Positions 8,096 to 17,584 are shown, counted from the stretch's first letter. The stretch is DNA of 29,001 nt from Candidatus Hadarchaeota archaeon (GCA_964452145.1 CAYVLA010000031.1:1563-30563); one strand, 5' to 3'. Notes: a model not told the origin generated them from the sequence alone. Program-made: numbers and translations.

Positions 8096-9283
8096 GTGAG
8101 GAATGTAGTGCTCATCCTCGATGGCTGCGGCTGTGGGGAGCTGCCGGATGCTGGCGACTACGGGGATCAGGGATCTGATACTCTGGCCAACACGGCGAAG
8201 GCGGTCGGTGGCCTCGACCTGCCCAACCTCCAGAATCTCGGCCTCGGCAACATCGAGGACATCAAGGGCGTCAAACCGGGGGTGGGGCTTTCATCCTTTG
8301 GCAGGATGGTGGAGAGATCGATCGGAAAGGACTCCATAACCGGCCACTGGGAACTCTTCGGGGTCGTCTGCGGCATGCCCTTCCCCACATATCCCCGCGG
8401 CTTTCCGCCGGAGGTGATCGAGCCGTTTGAGCGGGCGATCGGTCGGAGGGTCTTGGGCAACAAGCCGGCGTCTGGGACGATGATAATAGAGGAGCTGGGC
8501 AGGGAACACATGAAGACGGGCAGGCCAATAGTCTACACCTCGGCCGATAGCGTCTTCCAGGTGGCTGCCCACAGGGAAGTCATTCCTTTGGACGATCTGT
8601 ACGGGATCTGCGAGGTGGCCAGGAAGATTCTCAGGGGAAGGCACGCGGTGGGCAGGGTGATAGCTCGCCCTTTCACGGGGGAACCCGGGAGCTTCCAAAG
8701 GACCGCCGAGAGGAAGGATCTCTCCCTGCCGCCCCCCGAACCCACTCTGCTGGATCGTGCGAAGGAAAGTGGAAGGGAGGTCCTGGGTATAGGCAAGATA
8801 GACTACCTGTTCGCCGGCCGCGGCCTATCCGAGTGCGTTCACACGCAGGACAACGCCCATGGAATCAGGGAGATCTGTGGTGCGCTGCGCAATTCGGCAA
8901 GCGATCTGATAGTGGCCAACCTGATAGATTTCGACATGGTCTACGGCCACAGAAACGACTTCAGAGGATATGCAAGGGCCCTCAGGGAGCTGGACGATGC
9001 AGTCCCCCATATGCTTGATCTGCTCGGAGAGGATGATATCCTCTACATCACCAGCGACCACGGCAACGACCCGACCACACCTTCAACCGATCACTCCAGG
9101 GAATATGTGCCGCTGCTGGTGTACGGCGAGTCCCTGGTCAAGAACAGGGACCTTGGCATCCGCGAAACCTATGCCGACCTGGGACAGACGATCGCAGACC
9201 TCATGGATCTAAGGCTTTCCACGGGCACAAGCTTCAGGCGCGAGACCTCGGATGTATGCTGGTCTGGTCGCCCGGCACGATGA
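8096..9283 (+). CDS. deoB: Phosphopentomutase (bacterial type, alkaline phosphatase superfamily)
   Basis: LILDGxGxGELPDA, GKDSITGHWE, YTSADSVFQ, GRVIARPF, DFDMVYGHRND, SDHGNDPT and TDHSREYVPLL. GTG start at 8096, 26 nt after TTTACA. Confidence 0.95.
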   Translation: MRNVVLILDGCGCGELPDAGDYGDQGSDTLANTAKAVGGLDLPNLQNLGLGNIEDIKGVKPGVGLSSFGRMVERSIGKDSITGHWELFGVVCGMPFPTYPRGFPPEVIEPFERAIGRRVLGNKPASGTMIIEELGREHMKTGRPIVYTSADSVFQVAAHREVIPLDDLYGICEVARKILRGRHAVGRVIARPFTGEPGSFQRTAERKDLSLPPPEPTLLDRAKESGREVLGIGKIDYLFAGRGLSECVHTQDNAHGIREICGALRNSASDLIVANLIDFDMVYGHRNDFRGYARALRELDDAVPHMLDLLGEDDILYITSDHGNDPTTPSTDHSREYVPLLVYGESLVKNRDLGIRETYADLGQTIADLMDLRLSTGTSFRRETSDVCWSGRPAR

Positions 9284-9284
9284 G

Positions 9285-9306
9285 CTCCTGGCGCAGGAGT
9301 CTTCTT
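9285..9306 (+). terminator. Possible terminator hairpin after deoB
   Basis: CTCCTG-gcg-CAGGAG followed by TCTTCTT immediately after the stop codon. Confidence 0.3.
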
Positions 9307-9665
9307 GGTCAAGGATCGGCAAGGGAGACCGCACGACACAAAGGCTTGGACGGGAGCGCGTCGATGTCGAATCCGACTTGCCAAGCAATCAGGCGATATC
9401 GCCCGCATCCCACACCATGATCTTACCTACTGGACTGACGTACCGATTGCTGGTCGATTGAGGATTGGGCAAAGCCTTCATCTGCAGTGATCACCAACGG
9501 TGATCGGTGTCACCGTTCTAATCGCTGGGTGGTTGACATTCGCTGTTGATGATGTGGCGAAGCTGTTTCCGTTGGCGAGATGGGGCCGATCGTCACTCGC
9601 AGCAGCCGGGCACATGCTCGACGAAGTCGTCGGCCTTCTGCAGAGTCACGCAGCGCAGCGCTGTG

Positions 9666-11543
9666 TCAACCTGCAGCTCGAATGCTTCCAGGGACAAGCT
9701 CGACGACGTCTTGGACTGGGTAGTCTCCGTCCTCCAACGAGATATGCGGAACCCTGGATTTGCCTACGATGTCCACTTTGTAGCCTACGTATCTCCTTAG
9801 AACTGAGACTCCCTGACTGCCATATGCGGCAAATATCGGGACGGACGGCGCATCCTCCCTCTCCAGCTCATATGGCCAGAATCGGTGCGCGCTGATCAGC
9901 CCCGTGGATTCTTCACTCCCTTCTCTCCGAACCCAAGCCATGTGCCTGGACGGGTCTACGAGGATATCGCCTCCGCTCGAACTCTTGATGACAAGTCTCC
10001 CCGTGTACATTGCTGGCTTCTCGTCTATGCCATTGTACCAACTCTGCCCAGCGAAGATGACCTGCCACGAAATCGAACTCGAGATCCTTTCCCAGAAGAT
10101 GGCCACGCCTGGCAGAGCCACGATTATCACAGCAATGAGTATCAGGAGCCCTTTCTGTTGCGATTTCATCCTTGTTAGATTGACGCCGACTGGTCTGGTT
10201 CCCGGTTTCCCTGAAACGTCGCAGCGGCGGGTCGTAGTGACCTCTTTAGTCCTTGGTCGGGAGACGAAGTGGATGGTTATCGAAAACGTTACGAGGAAAG
10301 TTGCCGCAACCGCAGAATACTCCGCGACATGTATCAGGAACAACGAAAGACGTAGTGCTTGTTCAGCCATGTTCCTGGCATTCTTCATTTCGGCCAGGAT
10401 GCCCACCATGATTTCCTTTGATCGCTCGATATCGTCTGCCCTGTAGAGTTCTGCTGCTTCTGCTCTCTCGGCATAGGCTTGTGCAAGGTCTGCCCATATC
10501 GGATAGGTCTGAGAAGTCGAAGAAACCATGTCCGCAAACTCCAGTGCACGGTAGGACTCGGCATAGTCCCTGTAGTACTGAGCGAACATGTTTCTGGCTG
10601 CATGCGCAACCATAAGATCCGGTATCTTGCGACCCGCTGAGTAGAGGATGATGTGAGATATGATGTCCCATGCGTATTCGTGTTCTTCATCGATCTTCAG
10701 ATTGACCACACGAACGTAGTTGGCCCCCGGCACGACGCTAGTCGCTACATATCCTCCCTGCGGGAAGAAGAACAGTCCTGTCAGCGGAGAAGCACACTTC
10801 CAGACATATCCTCCTGCATTCAGGCGACTACCACCGGGGGTATCCGAAAGGTTCAGTCTTAGTAGCCAAGGCTTGTCGCCGATCCTTGCTCTGAGAGCTT
10901 CCCTCGGTTCGAAGGAAGCAACAACCCTCGAAAGAGGGTGTGGCTCCTCCATCAAGAAGAGATTTGCATCATGATAGTGCGCGATTATGCCTCCGAAGTC
11001 CAAAAGCGGGTCGCTTTCCGGTCTTATGGAGAAGTGGCGATTGAGCATTCCTCCCAGAACATCACTGTTCTGTCTCGTAAGTCGATCAGGGAAACGACCT
11101 TCGATGTCAGGACCTACCCAGGTCTCGTCGGGTGCGAACTGGGCTAGGATGGTTGTCTGCGGAACCGGAAGGAGAACGCTCGCACCCAGGCATCGAACTG
11201 ACATCTCGACAGTGTCTCTGATTGCAGCATCGATGTATTCGTGACCGAAGCTATGATATGGGAGTTCTATGACGAAATCCGACGGCATCAGGTTTCTAGT
11301 CGCTCTCTGTGTTTCCTTCCACCTTGCGATCTCTTCCTTGGTCCATATCTGGGCCCAGGTTGGATAGGATACCATCTTGTAGCGAAGTGATGGATCGTAC
11401 CAGAGGAATGCTTCGTCTGGTAGTACATCACCGATTACCAGGACGTTGACAGGCTGAGTCTTCCCGACACATGGAGAGCCAGAGATGAGAGCTTGAATCA
11501 ATAGAAGTAGAATTCCTGCTGGCAGCCCTTTGCTCATCATCAT
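9666..11543 (-). CDS. Membrane-anchored surface-protein family member (divergent copy), in frame with a second TM-anchored hypothetical domain (ATG 10169)
   Basis: Signal peptide MSKGLPAGILLLLIQAL. The YAWDII..YSAGRKIPD..HAAR stalk and IHVAEYSAVAAT TM align with the 11606 and 23145 genes. The ORF continues into MKSQQKGLLILIAVIIV plus about 140 aa. Confidence 0.75.
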   Translation of the reverse strand: MMMSKGLPAGILLLLIQALISGSPCVGKTQPVNVLVIGDVLPDEAFLWYDPSLRYKMVSYPTWAQIWTKEEIARWKETQRATRNLMPSDFVIELPYHSFGHEYIDAAIRDTVEMSVRCLGASVLLPVPQTTILAQFAPDETWVGPDIEGRFPDRLTRQNSDVLGGMLNRHFSIRPESDPLLDFGGIIAHYHDANLFLMEEPHPLSRVVASFEPREALRARIGDKPWLLRLNLSDTPGGSRLNAGGYVWKCASPLTGLFFFPQGGYVATSVVPGANYVRVVNLKIDEEHEYAWDIISHIILYSAGRKIPDLMVAHAARNMFAQYYRDYAESYRALEFADMVSSTSQTYPIWADLAQAYAERAEAAELYRADDIERSKEIMVGILAEMKNARNMAEQALRLSLFLIHVAEYSAVAATFLVTFSITIHFVSRPRTKEVTTTRRCDVSGKPGTRPVGVNLTRMKSQQKGLLILIAVIIVALPGVAIFWERISSSISWQVIFAGQSWYNGIDEKPAMYTGRLVIKSSSGGDILVDPSRHMAWVRREGSEESTGLISAHRFWPYELEREDAPSVPIFAAYGSQGVSVLRRYVGYKVDIVGKSRVPHISLEDGDYPVQDVVELVPGSIRAAG

Positions 11544-11605
11544 TACATCCCATATGTCTGGCATTGCCCTGAGAAGCATGTCTTTGCGCTGACTGCGGAA
11601 GACGG

Positions 11606-12901
11606 TCACATGTTCTTGAAGGTAGTCACCCTGACCTCCCTGTAGAGGGTTCGGCGGACCATGAGAGACCATAGGGCGAAGGCGCAGACCAGCGCCGTTC
11701 CCGTCACGGCCAGCCACTCCACAACATATACCCAGAGCAGGGTCGCGTTCTTGAGCTTGATGGCATCTCTCTCCATCTCATCCAGCATCGCTTCCACGTC
11801 CCTGTAGACATTCAGCATCTCCTCGAACTGTAGTTGGAGGTACTGCGGCTTCGCAGCGGCTATCACGGCATCGATCTCTGCCGTGCGCAGCACGATGCTT
11901 CGGGTGTTGGCGCCGAAGGACTCGCAGAACTCGAGCAGGCCCATCAGGAGGGATCTTCTCGTTGCGACCTGGAAGATCTTGGTTCTGGCCGCATGTACCA
12001 GCGCTACGTCTTGGGGCACGGGACGGTTGTTCAGATATATCATCAGGTTGCTGCCGAAGTCTATGGCGTACTCCCAGGGCGGCGGATACCATGTCAGGGT
12101 GTGGATCTCGCTGGTCAGGGCGAAGACCCTGGCCCTGTTGGGGAGTTGCCAGGTGACCATCAAGGGGTCCTTCGATCCGCGATCCGAGATGACGCGGGCC
12201 AGCATCTCGGCTCCGGGCTTCAGCGTCACCGGGTTGTGGTGCCATCTCATCGGGTTGGCCAGGTTGGGGTCCTTGAAGTTCCAGGGCAGGCTGCTGATGA
12301 GTTCGTGGTCGGGCTTATCGATGACCGGCCGGCCTGATTGGTCCCAGATGCCGATGATGTCCTGGGTGGGCAGCAGCTGGCCGATGGCAGTGTCGCCCCA
12401 GGGGGGTTCGCTGGTGCCCGTGCCCCCGAAGGTTTCCCATCCGCCGGACATCAATAGCCCCATGCCCCCCTGGTCCACGCCCTGGGCCAGCTTCTCTATG
12501 TGCGTGCCCACGGCGAAGCGGTTGGCATTGGCAAGGACTACCACGTCGAAGTTGCTGACCAGATCCTGGTACGTCCGGGGCATGTAGAGCCTGACCCTTC
12601 TGTATACCTCTTCCATCTCCATACTGGCCCAGTCGCGCAGGGTCGCGATCACGAAGCTCATCGAGAAGAGCGGATCCGATCTCATGAAGTTGAAGGGCGG
12701 CGACCGGGCGATGCAGCCGACATACAGTACGCCGATCCTTCCGTCCTCCAGGGCAAGGCCCGCGGCGATGCTGCAGACCAACATCACCAGCAAAAATATC
12801 CTCACGGGCATGCGATGGGCGAGATCATGGATATGGTTTGCCGCCTCCGGTTGTCCGTGCCTCTCGGCCTCTCCGGTTATCACGGAAGTCATCTCACCCA
12901 T
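11606..12901 (-). CDS. Membrane-anchored surface protein with class I glutamine-amidotransferase-like (DUF1355-like) head, helical stalk and C-terminal TM
   Basis: FDVVVLANA...GGMGLLMSGGWETFGG...WGDTAIGQLLP resembles DUF1355. Signal-like IFLLVMLVCSIAAG and TM WVYVVEWLAVTGTALVCAFALWSLMV. Alternative start at 12811. Confidence 0.8.
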   Translation of the reverse strand: MGEMTSVITGEAERHGQPEAANHIHDLAHRMPVRIFLLVMLVCSIAAGLALEDGRIGVLYVGCIARSPPFNFMRSDPLFSMSFVIATLRDWASMEMEEVYRRVRLYMPRTYQDLVSNFDVVVLANANRFAVGTHIEKLAQGVDQGGMGLLMSGGWETFGGTGTSEPPWGDTAIGQLLPTQDIIGIWDQSGRPVIDKPDHELISSLPWNFKDPNLANPMRWHHNPVTLKPGAEMLARVISDRGSKDPLMVTWQLPNRARVFALTSEIHTLTWYPPPWEYAIDFGSNLMIYLNNRPVPQDVALVHAARTKIFQVATRRSLLMGLLEFCESFGANTRSIVLRTAEIDAVIAAAKPQYLQLQFEEMLNVYRDVEAMLDEMERDAIKLKNATLLWVYVVEWLAVTGTALVCAFALWSLMVRRTLYREVRVTTFKNM

Positions 12902-12935
12902 CCCCGCCCCACCAAGGCCAGTAGGTCCTTCTAGC

Positions 12936-13079
12936 CTTTAAGCTGTTTTGCTTGTGGCTTCGTGCTTCGTCGTCCATCACCTGCCAATGCTGGGCTTCCA
13001 TGCGTGGCGACAGACCATGCCCGGATGATGAGTCCGGGTCGCCAATACCGAGATAGTTAAAGCCCCTCGATGAGGGGTT
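12936..13079. promoter_or_regulatory. Divergent archaeal-type promoters: TTAAAG (-, 12936-12941) and TTAAAG (+, 13057-13062)
   Basis: Both AT-rich boxes have purine-rich upstream flanks (CAAAACAGC; GAGATAG) and point toward the flanking genes. CCCCTC-gat-GAGGGG follows the + box. Confidence 0.5.
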
Positions 13080-13123
13080 ATGGCAACCGGAACTGCCTCG
13101 CCAAGCGCGACAGAGGAAGGACA

Positions 13124-14080
13124 TTGTCGGAAACCCCGGTCATCCTGATGCACGATCACGTCCCAGCGTCCAGCGACCTATCCAACATGCTTAAAGGGGG
13201 CGTCACGGCGAAGGTCCTGTTTTTCTCGGTGGATGTGGAGATAGGGGGATCCTACGTGCTGTCCGCCCGATCGGAGACTGGTTGGCATCAAAAGGCCAAG
13301 AAACGGCTTGCCGCAGCGCTGCGGGATATCGACTCCACAGAGGGCCGGGCCGTGCTGGCCACGCAGGTAGCGGACGTGGTGAGGGCCAAGCTGCGTGGTC
13401 AGGTGGCCGTGCTCTTGGGGAGCGAAGGAGCCAAGCTGCTGGAGGGACGGATCGAGCCGTTGGAGGAGTTCTATTCCTCGGGCCTGCGGGTGCTGCAGTT
13501 GGCTTGGGCCTGTCCCAACTCCCTGCTGGACGGCGATGGCCTCAGCGGTTTCGGCAGGCTGGTCATCCGGACCTGCAACGAGATGGGCATCATTGTGGAT
13601 CTTACCCACCTGCCCGAGCGGGCATTCCAGCAGAGCTTGGATGAGACGGACTCCCCGGTCATCGTATCCCACTGTGCCGCGGCCCGCGTAACGACCGACC
13701 TTTGCGATGAGAGGATTGCCGCAATAGCCGAGAACGGAGGGGTCATGGGCGTCCATTTCTACCGGACCTATCTGATTCCTCCGGAAAGAGGAACGAGAAG
13801 CGCTCCCACCGTCTCGGATCTCGTTCGTCAGGTCGACCACTTCGCCGAGGTCGGGGGCGTCGAACACGTGGGGCTGGGGGGCGATTTCTTCCCTCGCAGC
13901 AGGAGGTGGCGGCAGTTCCAGAGGGCGCAGGGGGTTGCCGAGATGAGATGGGCGATACCGAGTTCGGCTCACGTGCCGCGGATCGCCTCGGCCCTTGAGG
14001 ATCGGGGTTACTCGTCGCGGGACAGGTCCAACATACTCGGAGGCAATTTCCTGCGTCTCTGCGGTCATGTGTTCCGTTAG
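13124..14080 (+). CDS. Membrane dipeptidase family (peptidase M19, amidohydrolase fold)
   Basis: LLGSEGA, GLRVLQLAW, GLSGFG, GIIVDLTH, VIVSH, IAENGGVMG, HVGLGGDF and ILGGNFLR. Probable TTG start at 13124 after GAGGAAGG. Confidence 0.88.
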   Translation: MSETPVILMHDHVPASSDLSNMLKGGVTAKVLFFSVDVEIGGSYVLSARSETGWHQKAKKRLAAALRDIDSTEGRAVLATQVADVVRAKLRGQVAVLLGSEGAKLLEGRIEPLEEFYSSGLRVLQLAWACPNSLLDGDGLSGFGRLVIRTCNEMGIIVDLTHLPERAFQQSLDETDSPVIVSHCAAARVTTDLCDERIAAIAENGGVMGVHFYRTYLIPPERGTRSAPTVSDLVRQVDHFAEVGGVEHVGLGGDFFPRSRRWRQFQRAQGVAEMRWAIPSSAHVPRIASALEDRGYSSRDRSNILGGNFLRLCGHVFR

Positions 14081-14091
14081 AGGTTGTTAGC

Positions 14092-15252
14092 TTGACCGAG
14101 ATGCTGTTCGATCCTAAGCGGGCGTCCGAGGCCATGGAGAGGGATGGTCTGGATGCCTTGGTTGCATGCCGGCGCGAAAACGTAGCATACCTGAGCGGCG
14201 TGCCTGTTCATTACTGGCGTTGGGGCCGGTTCATGCACATGCTCTTCCTAGAGGACGCGGGTGATCGGGCCCACTACTATGCCGGCATCCAGCGGGATTC
14301 CCTCCAAGAGCCCTTCATCGTCGCGCACTACAGCAGGGTCGGGGACTTTGCGCCAAGCTGGGTGAAGGACGTTCGCCCCTGTTCGCTCATAGAGAGATAT
14401 TCCCCGCATCCCATCAAGGTCCTCTCAGAAGCTCTCCTTGAGAGGCTTGGCCCCGACGCAAGGGTGGGCATGGAGCTGTCCGTCTTGCCGGCTAACGATC
14501 TGACACACTTGAAGGCAATGGCCCCATCAGTGGAGGTCGTCGACTCAACCAACGTCTTCTGGGAGTTGAGAGCTGTCAAGACGGATGCAGAGCTGTCCCG
14601 GATGAGGACGGCCTACCGGGTTGCCGAGAAGGTATACGACAGGGTCTTCGCGGAGATCGAGCCAGGGATGACGCTTCGGGATATCTACCGGATGGAGATG
14701 GACGAGGTCCTGGCTCACGACTGCTTCTTCCTCGGCCAGCATCTCAGCTTTGGCAGCACCTGTGACGGGACCCATCACGGCGAGCCCGACTACGTCGTCA
14801 GGTTGGGTGACGTAGGATTCTTCGATCTGCAGGTCGTCTTCGAAGGCTACCTGACCGATTTCGGGCGGGTGCCCGTGGTAGGCGAGGTATCGGAGGAGTA
14901 CCAATCGCTGCACGATGAGATCGTTCAGGCCCGATCCGTGGCCGAATCGGCGCTGGCACCCGGATGCATTGCTGGAGAGGTCGCGGAGTGCGTCCGCAGG
15001 TACGGTTCCTCCCTTCGGCCTCAGTGGCTTCCAGACGGGGCTGGGCACGGTCTCGGAATGGAATGCCACGAGCCCCCGTTCCTCCGGACGTATTCGGACT
15101 CGGTGATCGAGGAGGGCATGGTGGTCGTGATAGAGATCTGTCGCGCCTTGAGGGGAGTCGCCATGCTTATCGAGGATGCAGGGGTCGTTGAGGACGACGG
15201 CTGGCATTCCTTGACCGATTACCCGACTGATCTCGTCTTCACGGGCCACTAG
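14092..15252 (+). CDS. Xaa-Pro peptidase / M24 family metallopeptidase
   Basis: Creatinase-like N domain (ENVAYLSG), LRAVKT..E, and metal-ligand motifs FFDL, YLTDFGR, GHGLGMECHEPP, VIEI and IED. Confidence 0.9.
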   Translation: MTEMLFDPKRASEAMERDGLDALVACRRENVAYLSGVPVHYWRWGRFMHMLFLEDAGDRAHYYAGIQRDSLQEPFIVAHYSRVGDFAPSWVKDVRPCSLIERYSPHPIKVLSEALLERLGPDARVGMELSVLPANDLTHLKAMAPSVEVVDSTNVFWELRAVKTDAELSRMRTAYRVAEKVYDRVFAEIEPGMTLRDIYRMEMDEVLAHDCFFLGQHLSFGSTCDGTHHGEPDYVVRLGDVGFFDLQVVFEGYLTDFGRVPVVGEVSEEYQSLHDEIVQARSVAESALAPGCIAGEVAECVRRYGSSLRPQWLPDGAGHGLGMECHEPPFLRTYSDSVIEEGMVVVIEICRALRGVAMLIEDAGVVEDDGWHSLTDYPTDLVFTGH

Positions 15253-15401
15253 ATGTCCACCAGCCCGTAACAAGACCTTGAGGGAGATCGGGCACGATGA
15301 ATCAATGCTACCGCTCCGGGTCCCATGCTTGCCTTGGCGGGGGATTGCCAAGAGAAGCCAATAATAGGCAAGCTGAGGTCGGCCTTGACGAGGCAGAGCG
15401 A

Positions 15402-17516
15402 ATGGCCGAGCACGAAGAGTGGTGGCAAAGGCCACTAGCGATCGCCGATCTGGGGATCTACGGCGTGGACGAGGTTCTGCGCCTGGACCCGGTCGAGGTG
15501 GCGGAGACCAAGGCGAGGCTGGGGTTCAATGCCGAGCACATCACATGCAGCGACGTCTACGGTGGAGAGAAGGGCATTTTCTACTTCAGATCGGCACTGG
15601 CAGAGAAGGTTCCGCGGGACTTCTTCGGCGAGTACCTGCCCCAGGCGAGGAAGAGGGGCATCAGGGTCTTGGTCTACTACAACGTGCACTGGCTCCAGGC
15701 AGGCTTTGCCATGAGGCACCCGGAGTGGCTGCAGATCAACGCCCAGGGCAAGGCCATAGACAACCTGTACGGCTCGGGCTGCGCGCCGTGCGTCAACTCA
15801 CCTTGGCGCGAATGGTCTCTCCAAGGAATAAGGGATCTCGCGGCCTACGAGATAGACGGCATCTTCCTTGATGGTCCGATCTTCGCCCCCGGTGCATGTC
15901 ACTGCCCGTCCTGCCGAAGGCTGTTTTGGGAAAGGCATGGCACGGATCTGCCTGGGAAGGAGGATTGGAAGGATCCCTCTTGGAGGGACTTCATCGAGTT
16001 TCGCTACGACAGCATCGCTCTCTACTTGAAGGATGCCGGCAGGGCCCTCAAGGAGGCCAGGTCGGGTTCGGTGATATACATGAACTGCACCGGCCTGTGG
16101 CCGGCATGGCCGGCCGCCCGGGACAACAGGAGGTTGATGCCCTACCAGGACATCCTCGGGGCCGAGGGCGGATTCCTATACTATGACCTGAGGCAATCAC
16201 CGCCCTGGAAGCCCGGGATGACCGCTAAACTTCTGGAGACCCAGGCCGACGGCAAGCCCACGGTGGTCTTCATCGCCGGGGCCAACAAGGGTTGGGACGA
16301 ATACATCCTGAGCCCCACCGAGACGAGGCTTCTGTATGCTGACACGATCGCCAACGGGGCTAACCCCTGGTACGGCATTAGCTACCGCACCGCCGGCCGT
16401 CCGGGCGCCCTAGCAGCGAGCGAGATGAATCGCTTCATCCTAGCCAACTCCGACTACCTGGCTGGAACCAAGTCCCTGTCCAGGGTTGCGCTGCTCTGGT
16501 CCGCAAGGACGGCGGACTACTACAAGGCCAGCGTTCCGGTCACCGACTTCACGCCCCAGGGGGAGAAGCTCGAGCGCCGCCAGGCGGCCGGCAACTTCTC
16601 AAGCAGCTTCGCAGGCTGCTACGAGGCCTTCCTCAGATCCCACGTCCCTTTCGATGTTCTGGACGAGGGGGCCCTCACTCACGATGTTCTCGGCAGATAC
16701 GATCTTCTGGTGCTGCCCAACTGCGCATGCCTCTCCGATTCGCACACCAGCAACATAGATGACTGGGTTGATCGAGGAGGAAACCTCATCGCTAGCTTCG
16801 AGGCGTCCAGGTACGACGAGAACGGCGACATGCGTTCGGAGTTCGGCCTATCAGAAACGTTCGGGGTAAGGATGGGCGACGGAGTCTTCGGCCCGATGAA
16901 GCTCGACTACATGAGCATCGTCCACCGAGACAGCGCCATCGCGGGCGGGCTGAGCGCTTCGCTTCTCCCATGCCCGGTCTACGGCATCCAGGTCGTCCCG
17001 ACCACGGCCAGGTCCGTGGCGATGTATCACGGGAAGATGCCGGCTCGCTATGTCGAGGTTCCACCCATATCGAACAACCCGGCGATCCTGATCAATGAGT
17101 ATGGGAAGGGTCGATGCCTCTATATGGCTGGCAACTTCTTCGAGCACTACCACGACTACCACAACCCCGACTACAGGAGGATCGTTGCCAATGCCGCAGA
17201 CCTGATGGCCCGGAGGCTGGTTTCCTTGAAGGGCTGCCCGACTAGCGTTGAGGTGGCTCTGCGATTTCAGCCCGCCAAGGGCAGGCTCATGGTCCATCTG
17301 GTCAACTTTACGGGCGAGATGACCAGGCCCATGGAATCCGTGGTCGATCTGAGCGACCTGGAGGTGACCCTGCATGGCTTGGCAGGCATTAAGCTTGCCC
17401 GGGCCCTGCGCCTGGGAAGGGGGCTGGAGATCAGCAGGCTGCATGATGGCGTCTCATTCATTGTACCTAGACTGGAGGAGCACGAAACGATAGTCCTGGA
17501 AGCCTTGAAGCCATGA
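15402..17516 (+). CDS. Putative glycoside hydrolase: GHL6-like TIM barrel plus GH42 beta-galactosidase trimerisation-like domain
   Basis: GIRVLVY, HPEWLQ, CVNSPWRE, IDGIFLDG, CHCPSC, VALLWS, HVPFDVL, YDLLVLPN and GGNLIASFE. No signal peptide seen. Confidence 0.8.
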   Translation: MAEHEEWWQRPLAIADLGIYGVDEVLRLDPVEVAETKARLGFNAEHITCSDVYGGEKGIFYFRSALAEKVPRDFFGEYLPQARKRGIRVLVYYNVHWLQAGFAMRHPEWLQINAQGKAIDNLYGSGCAPCVNSPWREWSLQGIRDLAAYEIDGIFLDGPIFAPGACHCPSCRRLFWERHGTDLPGKEDWKDPSWRDFIEFRYDSIALYLKDAGRALKEARSGSVIYMNCTGLWPAWPAARDNRRLMPYQDILGAEGGFLYYDLRQSPPWKPGMTAKLLETQADGKPTVVFIAGANKGWDEYILSPTETRLLYADTIANGANPWYGISYRTAGRPGALAASEMNRFILANSDYLAGTKSLSRVALLWSARTADYYKASVPVTDFTPQGEKLERRQAAGNFSSSFAGCYEAFLRSHVPFDVLDEGALTHDVLGRYDLLVLPNCACLSDSHTSNIDDWVDRGGNLIASFEASRYDENGDMRSEFGLSETFGVRMGDGVFGPMKLDYMSIVHRDSAIAGGLSASLLPCPVYGIQVVPTTARSVAMYHGKMPARYVEVPPISNNPAILINEYGKGRCLYMAGNFFEHYHDYHNPDYRRIVANAADLMARRLVSLKGCPTSVEVALRFQPAKGRLMVHLVNFTGEMTRPMESVVDLSDLEVTLHGLAGIKLARALRLGRGLEISRLHDGVSFIVPRLEEHETIVLEALKP

Positions 17517-17584
17517 ACTTCCGCGGCCGGCCTCTTCGGCATCTCGCATCACTTCTCGCAAGGTCGGGGCGTCAACACGCAAGC

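Noticed and set aside
9593..9595. In-frame TGA after CCE on the minus strand as possible selenocysteine
   Set aside because: No credible ORF, selenoprotein family or SECIS element is visible.
13178..15435. Two 296-aa minus-strand ORFs
   Set aside because: Antisense shadows of the M19 and M24 genes with no recognisable motifs.
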